A DNA stretch of 20,000 nucleotides from an uncultured virus (IMG/VR IMGVR_UViG_3300008108_000027) (Duplodnaviria > Heunggongvirae > Uroviricota > Caudoviricetes). The position numbers and the translations under genes were made by a program. Shown here piece by piece: positions 1 through 9,037 of the stretch. A model generated the notes under the pieces. It ran no database searches. It was not told the DNA's origin and worked only from the letters and a program-made list of their open reading frames with translations. The DNA lies in IMG/VR virus record IMGVR_UViG_3300008108_000027. One strand, 5' to 3'. How positions within the stretch are numbered: position 1 is the stretch's first letter; each line of letters opens with the position of its first letter.

Positions 1-2837
1 TTACTTATAACAGAGTTTTCTTGTAATGAAACAACTTTTCTATTGTGATCAACCCAATATTGATCAACTAAACTTAAACTATCTTCCACATACATAAAAT
101 AAGGGTCACGATTAACTCTATTCCAAAATATCACCTCACTATCTGAAAGTGTCATAACTTCATCAAAATTATCTTGACCACCTTCTTTTAATGGATGTCC
201 ACTGATTAATTCACATTGTGATTTTGTAAAGTATTGACGATCTTTTGGGTCTTCTATTAATATATCTTCCCTTATCTCAGGTTTAAACACAACTAATAAA
301 GGTTCTATTCTTTTATTAAAATTATTAAGATAACGAGGCACATTATAATCACCGGTCATGTCGGGATTATTTTGAATATCTTTTTCTGATATCATGTAGC
401 AATTAACTTCTATGAAATCGTTCGGCATTTCTACACCATGTTTTTGTAGGTATTCTTCTTGTTGTTTTTTAGTTGGTTTACTTATTTTTTGTACATCACC
501 CGAAGACTTTTTAAGACCATTGTTGATGTAATATATTGTTTCACCCAAACCGGCAGGATAGTTATTTTGAATAACTAATTCCATATGAGCTTGTCTTGAC
601 ATCAGTGATCCTGCCTTAGTTGTTTTCTTTATGTGTTTTTTATAATCTTCCACATTTTGTTTTACACGTGATTTGTTTGCTATTTTAGATAGTGGAATTT
701 CTTTATTATATATCTTTTCAACGTATGAATAGTATAATTCAACAAATGAATGTCCATCACCATTTAACAAATATTTTAAACCTTCATCTAAAAACTCAAC
801 AATATACTGTTGTAATTTTTTTGATTTAATCGTATTACCTGTTAATTTTATTTTTTCCTTACCTTTCTTAATTAATTTAATGATGTAATTCTTTCTTGAA
901 ACATTGATACAAGATGGGGCAACATAATCAATATCTAACCCCATCTCATTTCTCATAAAAATATCATTAAACTCGGCAGTATCCGCTTCAATACCTTTAT
1001 ACTCTTTTCCTTCTGTAACTAATTCATTTAATCCTTTACCGACATAAATATGTTTGTCAATATCTTCAGGTGTTTCAAAGTTAACACCATCAGTGTCCAT
1101 TACAAGTGGTTTATAACCTTTCTTCATAAAGAACATAATCATCATACGAAGACATTGTCTACCCACACATGTAATAGTTTCACCCATATTCATATCACCC
1201 CACGGAAATACTTGTGGTGCAGATAATGAACCAAAATATGCATTGATGAAAATTTTAATAGGTAATTGTTTCCTATCATACATTTCCGCCTCAACAGGAT
1301 TTGTTTTAGAAAGTTCACCGGCAAGTCTTTTATATTTGATACGAATATTACGGAAATATTTCAACATTGATTTCTGTACACCCATAACATCGCAATCGGG
1401 AAACACATCATATACAAGTTGAATTGATGGATAAAGAGATGCATAGTCAAATTTAACAATGTTCTTCGCATAACCTACATTTAATAATCTTGATAACCCA
1501 CCTGTAATTGCCCTCTTTTCATCTTTTTCAGGTATTGCCAAATTATTTTCATAAGACCATGCCAACATTATTATTTTCCATAATGTTGCTGTACCCATTG
1601 TTGCAACTCTCTCATAAGTGGTAGGTACTAATTTAGAAAGTAAAAATGTAGACTGACTAAAAGAATCATCAACAATCATCGTTTCATAAAGATCATCATC
1701 CAAGTATTGTTCTACAATTCTTTTACCTGACCATATTTCATATTTACCAGGATATTTTTCCAATAGTCCTTCAGTACCTTTCTCACCAATTTTTTTATAT
1801 TTTCCCGTTTTTGGATTTACGTAGTATAATTCATTATCTAAGTAAATTTTGGAAATAAATGGACCGTCAACATAAACACGATTTTCTTTTTCCTTTTCGA
1901 GATATTTTGTTATATATTTTAAACCCCAAGATTTGATTTCTGAGTTTATCGCCTGAGCTCTTCTTACAGAATGTGCAATATCAATAATATTGAAACCCCA
2001 AATGATATGTTGGGTATATGGTTCGATTTCATTAGCGAGTTTTAATATACCTTCTTTTTCTTTTATTCCCTGTGAGGTTAAAATACTTGTCAACCCTTCA
2101 ACATTAACACCAAGTATTTCCGCCCTTTTAAGTATAAACGGAAAGTCAAATGAAGCTGAATTGTATCCACCAATTATTGTTGGTTTTAATTCTTTTATTG
2201 TTTTAAAAAACTCTTCGATACATCTTTTCTCACCATCATCACCGAAAGCGTCGATTGTTTTAACTAAACCACGATTATCCTTCATACCAATTAAGATTAT
2301 CTTATTGGTTTCAGGTTCAAGACCTGTGGTTTCAATATCAAATACAAGTCTATGTACACCACTATAATCATCGATACCCTTAAACAATCTTTTTTTCTTT
2401 TGAATAAGATATTGTTCAACAGGTGATAATATTGTGAAATATTTTTTAGTTTCATCACCCCAAGGATTTAACCCACCAAACCTAAAAAAATTAATTAATT
2501 CTGTATAACCTTTAATACTCTTAACAAGAAACTTCATTCCGTTTTCTAATCGTTCATTACCGTGAGTTTCTAATTTTTCGATAATAATACCAAATTCACC
2601 CATTTTTTTCTTTTGAGTCATTTTACTATTACCGTAAAAATTTAATCCATTTAGATCTGAAACCCACAAAAATGGTGTGAACGTGTCGGGAACAACAACT
2701 TTACCCTTTTGGGGGTCTTGTATAATTTTATAAATTTTATTTGTGGGATAATCGTATTCTACACCAACGATAAATTCTTCGGGATCTGCACCGTTTAGGA
2801 AGCTCTCGATAACTTCCTGAGAGATAACATCTTTCAT
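1..2837 (-). CDS. polB: Family B DNA polymerase with 3'-5' exonuclease (>=945 aa, C-terminus beyond window edge)
   Basis: Manual translation from ATG at 2837 (MKDVISQEVIESFLNG...) is open to position 1. Exonuclease motifs: ExoI FDIETTG (DIETTG 2322-2339), ExoII YNSASFDFPFI, ExoIII YLDDD. Polymerase motifs: A DYASLYPS (1425-1448), B KIFINAYFG (1230-1256), C MDTDG (1086-1100), then RKNY. No intein evident. Confidence 0.97.
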   Translation of the reverse strand, partial: MKDVISQEVIESFLNGADPEEFIVGVEYDYPTNKIYKIIQDPQKGKVVVPDTFTPFLWVSDLNGLNFYGNSKMTQKKKMGEFGIIIEKLETHGNERLENGMKFLVKSIKGYTELINFFRFGGLNPWGDETKKYFTILSPVEQYLIQKKKRLFKGIDDYSGVHRLVFDIETTGLEPETNKIILIGMKDNRGLVKTIDAFGDDGEKRCIEEFFKTIKELKPTIIGGYNSASFDFPFILKRAEILGVNVEGLTSILTSQGIKEKEGILKLANEIEPYTQHIIWGFNIIDIAHSVRRAQAINSEIKSWGLKYITKYLEKEKENRVYVDGPFISKIYLDNELYYVNPKTGKYKKIGEKGTEGLLEKYPGKYEIWSGKRIVEQYLDDDLYETMIVDDSFSQSTFLLSKLVPTTYERVATMGTATLWKIIMLAWSYENNLAIPEKDEKRAITGGLSRLLNVGYAKNIVKFDYASLYPSIQLVYDVFPDCDVMGVQKSMLKYFRNIRIKYKRLAGELSKTNPVEAEMYDRKQLPIKIFINAYFGSLSAPQVFPWGDMNMGETITCVGRQCLRMMIMFFMKKGYKPLVMDTDGVNFETPEDIDKHIYVGKGLNELVTEGKEYKGIEADTAEFNDIFMRNEMGLDIDYVAPSCINVSRKNYIIKLIKKGKEKIKLTGNTIKSKKLQQYIVEFLDEGLKYLLNGDGHSFVELYYSYVEKIYNKEIPLSKIANKSRVKQNVEDYKKHIKKTTKAGSLMSRQAHMELVIQNNYPAGLGETIYYINNGLKKSSGDVQKISKPTKKQQEEYLQKHGVEMPNDFIEVNCYMISEKDIQNNPDMTGDYNVPRYLNNFNKRIEPLLVVFKPEIREDILIEDPKDRQYFTKSQCELISGHPLKEGGQDNFDEVMTLSDSEVIFWNRVNRDPYFMYVEDSLSLVDQYWVDHNRKVVSLQENSVIS

Positions 2838-2850
2838 TATTATATTTTTA

Positions 2851-2907
2851 AATGTGACACATTAGCTTACCGAAAATCGGTAGTTTGTCTTAACATTAAT
2901 AAATATA
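2851..2907 (-). promoter_or_regulatory. polB leader: TATATTTAT promoter-like motif plus hairpin and palindrome
   Basis: TATATTTAT on the minus strand at 2899-2907; hairpin TACCGA-3nt-TCGGTA at 2868-2882; perfect palindrome AATGTG-N-CACATT at 2851-2863. Confidence 0.4.
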
Positions 2908-2926
2908 ATAAAAATTTTACCCTAAA

Positions 2927-3295
2927 TCAAAAAATGTTGATAAATAGTTTTTCTTTTAACGGAACAATTAATTTTGTTGTTGGATTCGAATTTGTGTCTA
3001 AAAATTGAATGGTAACAATTCCTTCAAATTTACCTTTTACAGATGTACCTTCTTCTGTAAATCTATATGTAATATAATATTCATCGGTTGTTTGGTCGTA
3101 TTTCTTGGTTCTTGTGGTTATTAAACACTGACCATTTAAAATTTGAGGTTCTTCTGTTTTAAAATCATACATATCAAATGTGATATTTGAATTTTCTAAC
3201 ATATCATTAAAAGATGACTTGTCGTTTTTACCATCATCAATTAATCTTAATTTTAAAATTGGTTCAGTTGCTCCCTGTCTTATATTAAATTCCAT
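2927..3295 (-). CDS. BppU N-terminal-like (Ig-fold) baseplate/adaptor protein, 122 aa
   Basis: The pattern F.I.QG.T.P.L...L.D ... Y.F...T...G.F.G...I.F ... P....L.I.I is typical of BppU-like phage domains. Confidence 0.6.
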   Translation of the reverse strand: MEFNIRQGATEPILKLRLIDDGKNDKSSFNDMLENSNITFDMYDFKTEEPQILNGQCLITTRTKKYDQTTDEYYITYRFTEEGTSVKGKFEGIVTIQFLDTNSNPTTKLIVPLKEKLFINIF

Positions 3296-3308
3296 ATAGG
3301 TTTATTTT

Positions 3309-3317
3309 ATAAATATT
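3309..3317 (-). promoter_or_regulatory. Putative phage late promoter motif variant (AATATTTAT)
   Basis: 13 nt upstream of ATG 3295; matches the motif seen before six other genes at 8 of 9 positions. Confidence 0.55.
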
Positions 3318-3947
3318 TTACTTTTGAAAGTATTTCTCAATTCTTTTACTTAATCTAACTCTCGGGTCGTTTATATTTCTACCAAGATCCTCATATTTCA
3401 AAATAAATCCGAAACTCAAAAAAACTCTTCTTGAATTAAATTCATTTGTCCAGTGTTTATAAAGAGAAGCTTCAAATCCATATAAATCTGTTTCTTGAAT
3501 TTTTATTGATTCCCTATCAATAAAAAAATCATAATCCTCAGATAATACACTTATATTACATTTGTAATTAACATAACCATCAATTGACGCATCATAATGT
3601 GGATTTATTTTTCCACCTTTATTCATGTCTACAGCCTGTAAAAAAATATTGTCTTTTGGGAAATTAAATTCTTCAGATATTCTATCTATTATTTTATAGA
3701 TAAAATCAGGTAAAGGTTCTTTTGAAACGTCAGATATTGATTGAAATTTTGTGATGTAATTTGTTAAATAGGTATTTGAAATATCGAATATACAAGATTT
3801 ACCCTTTAATGTTTTTGAAAGTTCAGTGAGATGGTAATTACTATCATTACCTATATGATTGACAGAATCCAACCAGTTAATTATCTGATTGGATTCGTCC
3901 TTTGTGATAAAGTTTTTTTTTATTTTATAACAATCCGTATTTTCCAA
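3318..3947 (-). CDS. 2OG-Fe(II)-dependent dioxygenase, 209 aa
   Basis: HxD...H...R facial triad: H117-Y-D119 (KINPHYD), H165 (YKHWT), R174 (RRVFLSFGF). N-terminal IKKNFIT..E motif. Confidence 0.85.
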   Translation of the reverse strand: MENTDCYKIKKNFITKDESNQIINWLDSVNHIGNDSNYHLTELSKTLKGKSCIFDISNTYLTNYITKFQSISDVSKEPLPDFIYKIIDRISEEFNFPKDNIFLQAVDMNKGGKINPHYDASIDGYVNYKCNISVLSEDYDFFIDRESIKIQETDLYGFEASLYKHWTNEFNSRRVFLSFGFILKYEDLGRNINDPRVRLSKRIEKYFQK

Positions 3948-4185
3948 TTTTTTTAAGATTATGTTTTTCCAAAAATTCTTTTGGATTCATCGCTTCAATT
4001 ATTGTTAATTCAGCAGAACTAATCATTTCTTGTGCTTTATTTTCGGGTATCGCCATAACACACATTTTATGTGTTGCGGGTGATTCTCCGGTTGGTGATA
4101 AATCTATGTTTAAGATGTTATCATTTTTCATTTTTTCTCTAACTTGTGAAAGTTTAGATACTTCACATAATATACAGATTCTCAT
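3925..4185 (-). CDS. Hypothetical phage protein, 86 aa
   Basis: The ORF fills the gap between co-oriented genes, has an A-rich leader and overlaps the oxygenase start by 23 nt. It contains LSPTGESPATHKMC. Confidence 0.75.
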   Translation of the reverse strand: MRICILCEVSKLSQVREKMKNDNILNIDLSPTGESPATHKMCVMAIPENKAQEMISSAELTIIEAMNPKEFLEKHNLKKIGKYGLL

Positions 4186-4211
4186 ATTATTTATTTTTTA
4201 TTTTTTATTTC

Positions 4212-5369
4212 TTAATTATACACTCTTATTTCTATTGATTCTATCGCATCTTGACCAATATCAATATAGTCTCCAACATTTACAATTCCATCATTAAAGA
4301 CTAACTGAACTTCGTTATTTGATATTCTAACTCCTCCAGGAAATCCTGTATTTCCATTAAGACCATCATGAGTATAAATTATGAATGTTTTATTCTCAGG
4401 AAAAGCGTTACTTAAAGTACCCAAATAATATCCGACATTATTTCTTGTCCAAACTATATCACCAATAGTATTTTCTAAAACAGTAACAACAGGGTCAGTT
4501 ATTCCAGATTGTCTTAATAAAGCAGTGTACACTTTATATTTAGGTCCATATGCCGTTGATTGTACCGTATCATCAGGGAAGGTTAGACCTGTAGTAGAAA
4601 AACTCCAAGCCGTCCCAACTCCATCTGAGAAGTTAATGTTTACGTTTGTCGGATTGGCAACCACTGCACTACCTGGTGCGGATGGTCCACTACTTATTAA
4701 GTCGGGAATTGCGGTAGTCTGAATAGATCCGTCGGGAAACTCTAAAGATCCGTCTGCACCGAAGGTCCAGTTACTAGCAGTTATTGCTCCGCCAATATAA
4801 GTTGATGAAGTTGTTAAAAAATCACCTCCTGGTAGAAAGTAGTTACCTACTCCTCCATCTCCTTGTGGTGTTAGTACAGTACCAAATTGTAAAGTATAAC
4901 CGCCAAGTATTCCAGGACCGTATATTGTCATACCATCTGTAATCGTACCGTTAATCATATCGGTAACATGTAGTGTTGCTCCTGGACCATCACCATATCC
5001 ATTATCAATGTATCCTATAAATTCAACTTCTGCATCGGTTGTTTTTATTTGTACCTTATTTAATGAATCGCTTATTAATAGATTATTATTTTCACCACCA
5101 ATTATTAAATCAGCGTTACTCTGATCAATAGTACCTCCGGCTCTAATGTGAATGTGATTAGGACCGGTTGGATCTAAAACAACGTAACGATTATCATCGG
5201 TACTTGCGTCAGGTTTTAGGATAAGTGTAGTCAATCCTGAACCATCACCCGAACTTTCAGGTATTGATTCTATTTGACTACCTTCAGGAAAATTAAGAGG
5301 ACTTGTTAAATTTATTTGAGGTATTGTTTGTCCCGATACGTTATTTACAATATATTTTGTTGTTGCCAT
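4212..5369 (-). CDS. Tail fibre-like protein, 385 aa
   Basis: Two W.F...G.L.FPD...Q.TA fibre-type repeats. The C-terminal domain YKVYTALL.QSG...P...VLENT.G...W.R...G.Y...IEIRVY is one I recognise from Flavobacterium-type phage fibre proteins. Confidence 0.7.
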   Translation of the reverse strand: MATTKYIVNNVSGQTIPQINLTSPLNFPEGSQIESIPESSGDGSGLTTLILKPDASTDDNRYVVLDPTGPNHIHIRAGGTIDQSNADLIIGGENNNLLISDSLNKVQIKTTDAEVEFIGYIDNGYGDGPGATLHVTDMINGTITDGMTIYGPGILGGYTLQFGTVLTPQGDGGVGNYFLPGGDFLTTSSTYIGGAITASNWTFGADGSLEFPDGSIQTTAIPDLISSGPSAPGSAVVANPTNVNINFSDGVGTAWSFSTTGLTFPDDTVQSTAYGPKYKVYTALLRQSGITDPVVTVLENTIGDIVWTRNNVGYYLGTLSNAFPENKTFIIYTHDGLNGNTGFPGGVRISNNEVQLVFNDGIVNVGDYIDIGQDAIESIEIRVYN

Positions 5370-5371
5370 TT

Positions 5372-7900
5372 TTATTCGTTTATATCTTTAATTGTTAATA
5401 TATCACTTGAATCGTAATATGATAATCTTTTATTTCCACCTTGTCTTTCAAAAATATGACAAGTATATGATTCATATACAGATGGATTAGGACTTACGCC
5501 GGTTATTGTTATTACAATGTCACCATCACCGTCAGAACCACCAATAGCGGAACCTAATATAGTAATTGTGTCTCCAACATTGAAAGACGTTCCTGATGAA
5601 ACAAGTGACATACTTGTAACCTCACCACCAACAGGTGTAAACTGAAAGTCAGAACCAACACCGTTTCCACTATTTATAAATTTAGTAGGTTCAAAAAGTT
5701 CAATAATCTGTGTTGACCATGGATTATCCGTTCTATTAGTTCCTAAAGCAGTATACGTAAATGATGTTATAATACCATAATTAGTTGTAAAATCAGTCCC
5801 ACTAACGTCTGTATCAATAACATTCCATTGGAAGTAATCACCAATAGTGTTATTTTGGAAGTAATTACCAACTCTATTATTGTAAAAGTATTCTCCAATA
5901 ATATTATTTTGGAAAATATCACCAATGTAGTTTTTCTGTGAGTTAAATCCTCCAAATCCGAAACCTTCATCAATTATATTATTTTGGAAGAAACTACCAA
6001 TTTCATTATGTTGGAAATTTTGTGCAATTGTATTTCCTTGAAAAGCAGAACCTATGTTGTTACCAACAAATCCGTCACCGATAATATTACTTGTAAATCC
6101 ATCCTTAATTATATTTGCAAAAACATTACCAAAAAAGTCATTACCTAAGAAAAATGAACCGAAAGAATTATCGGCACAAATCCCACTAAATTCATTTCCT
6201 GAAACACCCCAACCTGTTTTATTGGTGTAAAACTCTTGATATATTATATTACCTTTAAATTCATTGAATATTTGGTTATCGTAGAAATGACCATATATTG
6301 TGTTATTTTCAAATCGTTCTCCAATGATATTGGTATAAAAATCTGAGTTTATTGTGTTATTATAAAAATCATGATCAATTTGGTTTTTATAAATCGATTC
6401 GTTAATTGTATTGTTAGAGAATCTAGTACCTATTCTATTTTCATAAAAATCTCTACTAGAAGGATTCAAAATATCACCTAATGTGTTATTCTCAAAATAT
6501 TCACCGATAACATTATCATAAAACACACAATAAAGGTTATTATTGTTAAATCCGTTACCAATTAAATTTCCATTACCTCCCCAATAAATTTCATTATTAT
6601 AAAATCCATTACCAATATCGTTTTTATAAAATTGTTGTTTAATTTTATTATTATTGAACTGACTACCTATTTCGTTATTTTGAAAGTCTCCTCCACTTAT
6701 TTCATTATCTCGGAAATCATTCATAATATTATTTCTATAAAAACTATTTTGGACTATATAGTTGTTATAAAAGTTTTCACCAATTCTATTATATTGGAAA
6801 TTTGAGGTAATTCTATTATTAAAAAACTCATTTCCGATAACATTAGCATCAAAGTCATCATCAGTAATGTTGTTAAAGAAATAGTTTCCAATGTTATTAT
6901 CATAACAATCATCAAAAAATGTGTTATTATAACAACTATGACCAAATTTATTACCTATAAATCTATTATGAAAAACATTATTAGCTAAAATAAAGTCATT
7001 TTCATTCTCTTGATATAAATTGGCATGATTACCAATATAATTGTTATAATTACCAGTACCGTCAAAAGTATAATACTCTCCAAATAAAGAAGGGTCATCT
7101 ACATTGTTTTGATAATAACTACCATATTCGTCCCAAAAGGTACCATACATTTTAGTATTTGGACCTAAAGTTACGGTTGTTAATCCTGTAATAGCCATTT
7201 CGGTATCACTTACAATATTTGTTACTTCAAAAACCCTAAAATCATTATTAACCGATTCAAAACCAATCTTATCGCCCACTATAAGAGTACTTAAGAAAAT
7301 AGTATCAGTACCAAAAACTGTCATTTCTGTTGAAGAAATATCCGCAACACTAACAGTTCCTTGATATGGATTGTTTAGTGAAACTTCATAGTATCTATAT
7401 CTTTTGAATAAAATTGTTCTATGATCGTAATCAGTTCTGTTATTAAACTCATCAATTCTTTCTGTTATTCTACCTTTAGCTGGTGATCCAGTTCTTTCTG
7501 TCACATTAAATGTTATATCATACTTAATACTATCTTTTGGATAAGAAGGTTGATATGCGTTTTCAGATAAAGTTGAATTTGATGTTGCAAACACAATTAT
7601 TGAGTCAATATCCGCAACTTTATAGTTATTTCCGACTATGGAATTTTTATTGTAATCATAATCAGGTTGATCATAACAAGTTTGGAAATCTGTTATTCTA
7701 TAATAAGAACCGGCAACAAATGTTGCACCTGTATATTTGTCATATAACTCTGAGTAAGTAATATCCTCAAATGTTAGATTATTAGTTATAGATGAAAAAT
7801 CTATATGATATGTTGACCCACTTAATTCTACCGGAAATAATGTGTCCGAAGTGGGATTTGCTAGATTAGTTAATTGACCGATGGTTTTTCCTGTTAACAT
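5372..7900 (-). CDS. Tailspike/fibre-like protein with long Asn-rich beta-helix, 842 aa
   Basis: N-terminal adaptor shared with 7967-9010, then a YSEL...GSYYRITDFQT module, then many 9-aa NxIGxxFxN repeats and a beta-rich C-terminus. Confidence 0.7.
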   Translation of the reverse strand: MLTGKTIGQLTNLANPTSDTLFPVELSGSTYHIDFSSITNNLTFEDITYSELYDKYTGATFVAGSYYRITDFQTCYDQPDYDYNKNSIVGNNYKVADIDSIIVFATSNSTLSENAYQPSYPKDSIKYDITFNVTERTGSPAKGRITERIDEFNNRTDYDHRTILFKRYRYYEVSLNNPYQGTVSVADISSTEMTVFGTDTIFLSTLIVGDKIGFESVNNDFRVFEVTNIVSDTEMAITGLTTVTLGPNTKMYGTFWDEYGSYYQNNVDDPSLFGEYYTFDGTGNYNNYIGNHANLYQENENDFILANNVFHNRFIGNKFGHSCYNNTFFDDCYDNNIGNYFFNNITDDDFDANVIGNEFFNNRITSNFQYNRIGENFYNNYIVQNSFYRNNIMNDFRDNEISGGDFQNNEIGSQFNNNKIKQQFYKNDIGNGFYNNEIYWGGNGNLIGNGFNNNNLYCVFYDNVIGEYFENNTLGDILNPSSRDFYENRIGTRFSNNTINESIYKNQIDHDFYNNTINSDFYTNIIGERFENNTIYGHFYDNQIFNEFKGNIIYQEFYTNKTGWGVSGNEFSGICADNSFGSFFLGNDFFGNVFANIIKDGFTSNIIGDGFVGNNIGSAFQGNTIAQNFQHNEIGSFFQNNIIDEGFGFGGFNSQKNYIGDIFQNNIIGEYFYNNRVGNYFQNNTIGDYFQWNVIDTDVSGTDFTTNYGIITSFTYTALGTNRTDNPWSTQIIELFEPTKFINSGNGVGSDFQFTPVGGEVTSMSLVSSGTSFNVGDTITILGSAIGGSDGDGDIVITITGVSPNPSVYESYTCHIFERQGGNKRLSYYDSSDILTIKDINE
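5812..7050 (-). repeat. Degenerate 9-aa (27-nt) coding repeat NxIGxxFxN, predicted beta-solenoid
   Basis: Examples: NNIGNYFFN, NVIGNEFFN, NRIGENFYN, NEIGSQFNN, NDIGNGFYN, NTIGDYFQW. Confidence 0.85.
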
Positions 7901-7917
7901 GATTTTTTCTTTTTAAT

Positions 7918-7926
7918 ATAAATATC
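7918..7926 (-). promoter_or_regulatory. Putative phage late promoter GATATTTAT
   Basis: 17 nt upstream of ATG 7900 and just downstream of a terminator. Confidence 0.65.
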
Positions 7927-7936
7927 TTTTTAAATG

Positions 7937-7961
7937 AAAAACCCTCTAATTTAGAGGGTTT
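7937..7961 (-). terminator. Intrinsic terminator after the 7967-9010 gene
   Basis: Inverted repeat AAACCCTCTAA/TTAGAGGGTTT (7939-7961) with a T-run on the minus strand, 5 nt after the stop codon. Possibly bidirectional. Confidence 0.8.
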
Positions 7962-7966
7962 GTTTT

Positions 7967-9010
7967 TTATACTGTTTCAGCAACAAATTTAAATTTATAT
8001 GTTTTACTTGGATATGTTGCAGGTATTATAATACCAAAACCATAATATTCATTACTGTACGGGTTAAACACCGCATCAATTGGACCGGCATATGTTGGAC
8101 CATTTGGATTAAGACTCAAATCAAGAACTGCACCGAGTGTATTTGAATCACCTATCTGAGTTGGATTATTAACAACAGAAGATCCTGGAGTTACTCTAGT
8201 TGTATATGTGTATGGATACCATTCAATACCAACGAGATCACCACCAATATCAACCCCACCACCTTGAAGACCTGAAGAAGATCCGTTAGGAGAAACTTTT
8301 AATGCTTTATATATACCAACAAATAATCCATACTTACCATCGGCTTCAGTGTCCAATATATTTGTTGTTACCGTTAATTTACTAATTGATTGTGGTGTTG
8401 AAAAACTGTGCCAATATTGACTATCAGGATATAAAATTAAACTTGTATCAACATTTATACCTGAACCAATACCTATTGATGGTGCTTGAAAATAATCGTA
8501 TACACCGAAAGCCTTTGTTTCTGTTCCACCAGTATGACTAATCTCAAAAATTGGATAATCCGCCACATTTGAACTTAATGGTGTTACAGTTGTTGACCAA
8601 CCGCCAGGTAATGGATTTTCATAACATACAAAATCATATGATATACCATCGTTAGGTACTCTAAAAAATCCGTCTACTATACCATTAATATCACCACCAC
8701 CATTTGATGGGAATACTCTAATTGATCTATCGGATTTATTAACAACACTAACTCTCTTACCTTTAATTGGTGTTGTGGGTAATTTTACTGCAAAATTTTC
8801 AGTTGTTGCTGTTGTTATTACATTAATACCGTAAACCAACACCGCGGTTGTACCACTATCAACACCTTGTGGTATCAAATCTGAAACCTGTTCAACAAAT
8901 CCTGAATATATCACATGATATGTTTGACCATCAAGTTGTACTGGTATAAGTGAATCTTGTGTGATTCTGTTTAAATTCGTTAATTGACCAATTGTTTTTC
9001 CTGTTAACAT
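7967..9010 (-). CDS. Virion accessory/fibre protein, 347 aa
   Basis: The first 13 aa are identical to the 842-aa protein. It carries a V.LP.....G..V.V.N......VFP..G..ING module common in phage fibre proteins. Confidence 0.65.
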   Translation of the reverse strand: MLTGKTIGQLTNLNRITQDSLIPVQLDGQTYHVIYSGFVEQVSDLIPQGVDSGTTAVLVYGINVITTATTENFAVKLPTTPIKGKRVSVVNKSDRSIRVFPSNGGGDINGIVDGFFRVPNDGISYDFVCYENPLPGGWSTTVTPLSSNVADYPIFEISHTGGTETKAFGVYDYFQAPSIGIGSGINVDTSLILYPDSQYWHSFSTPQSISKLTVTTNILDTEADGKYGLFVGIYKALKVSPNGSSSGLQGGGVDIGGDLVGIEWYPYTYTTRVTPGSSVVNNPTQIGDSNTLGAVLDLSLNPNGPTYAGPIDAVFNPYSNEYYGFGIIIPATYPSKTYKFKFVAETV

Positions 9011-9037
9011 TTTATTTTTTTTTATTTTTTTATACTT

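Noticed and set aside
1990..2367. 125-aa plus-strand ORF in the track
   Set aside because: Antisense shadow of the polB exonuclease domain.
1..2837. Intein or intron in polB
   Set aside because: The frame is continuous, motif spacing is ordinary, and no splice-junction or homing endonuclease motifs were seen.
5812..7050. AAT/AAC-rich region as a possible diversity-generating retroelement template or target
   Set aside because: There is no reverse transcriptase and no TR/VR pair differing only at adenines. The Asn richness reflects the beta-helix ladder.
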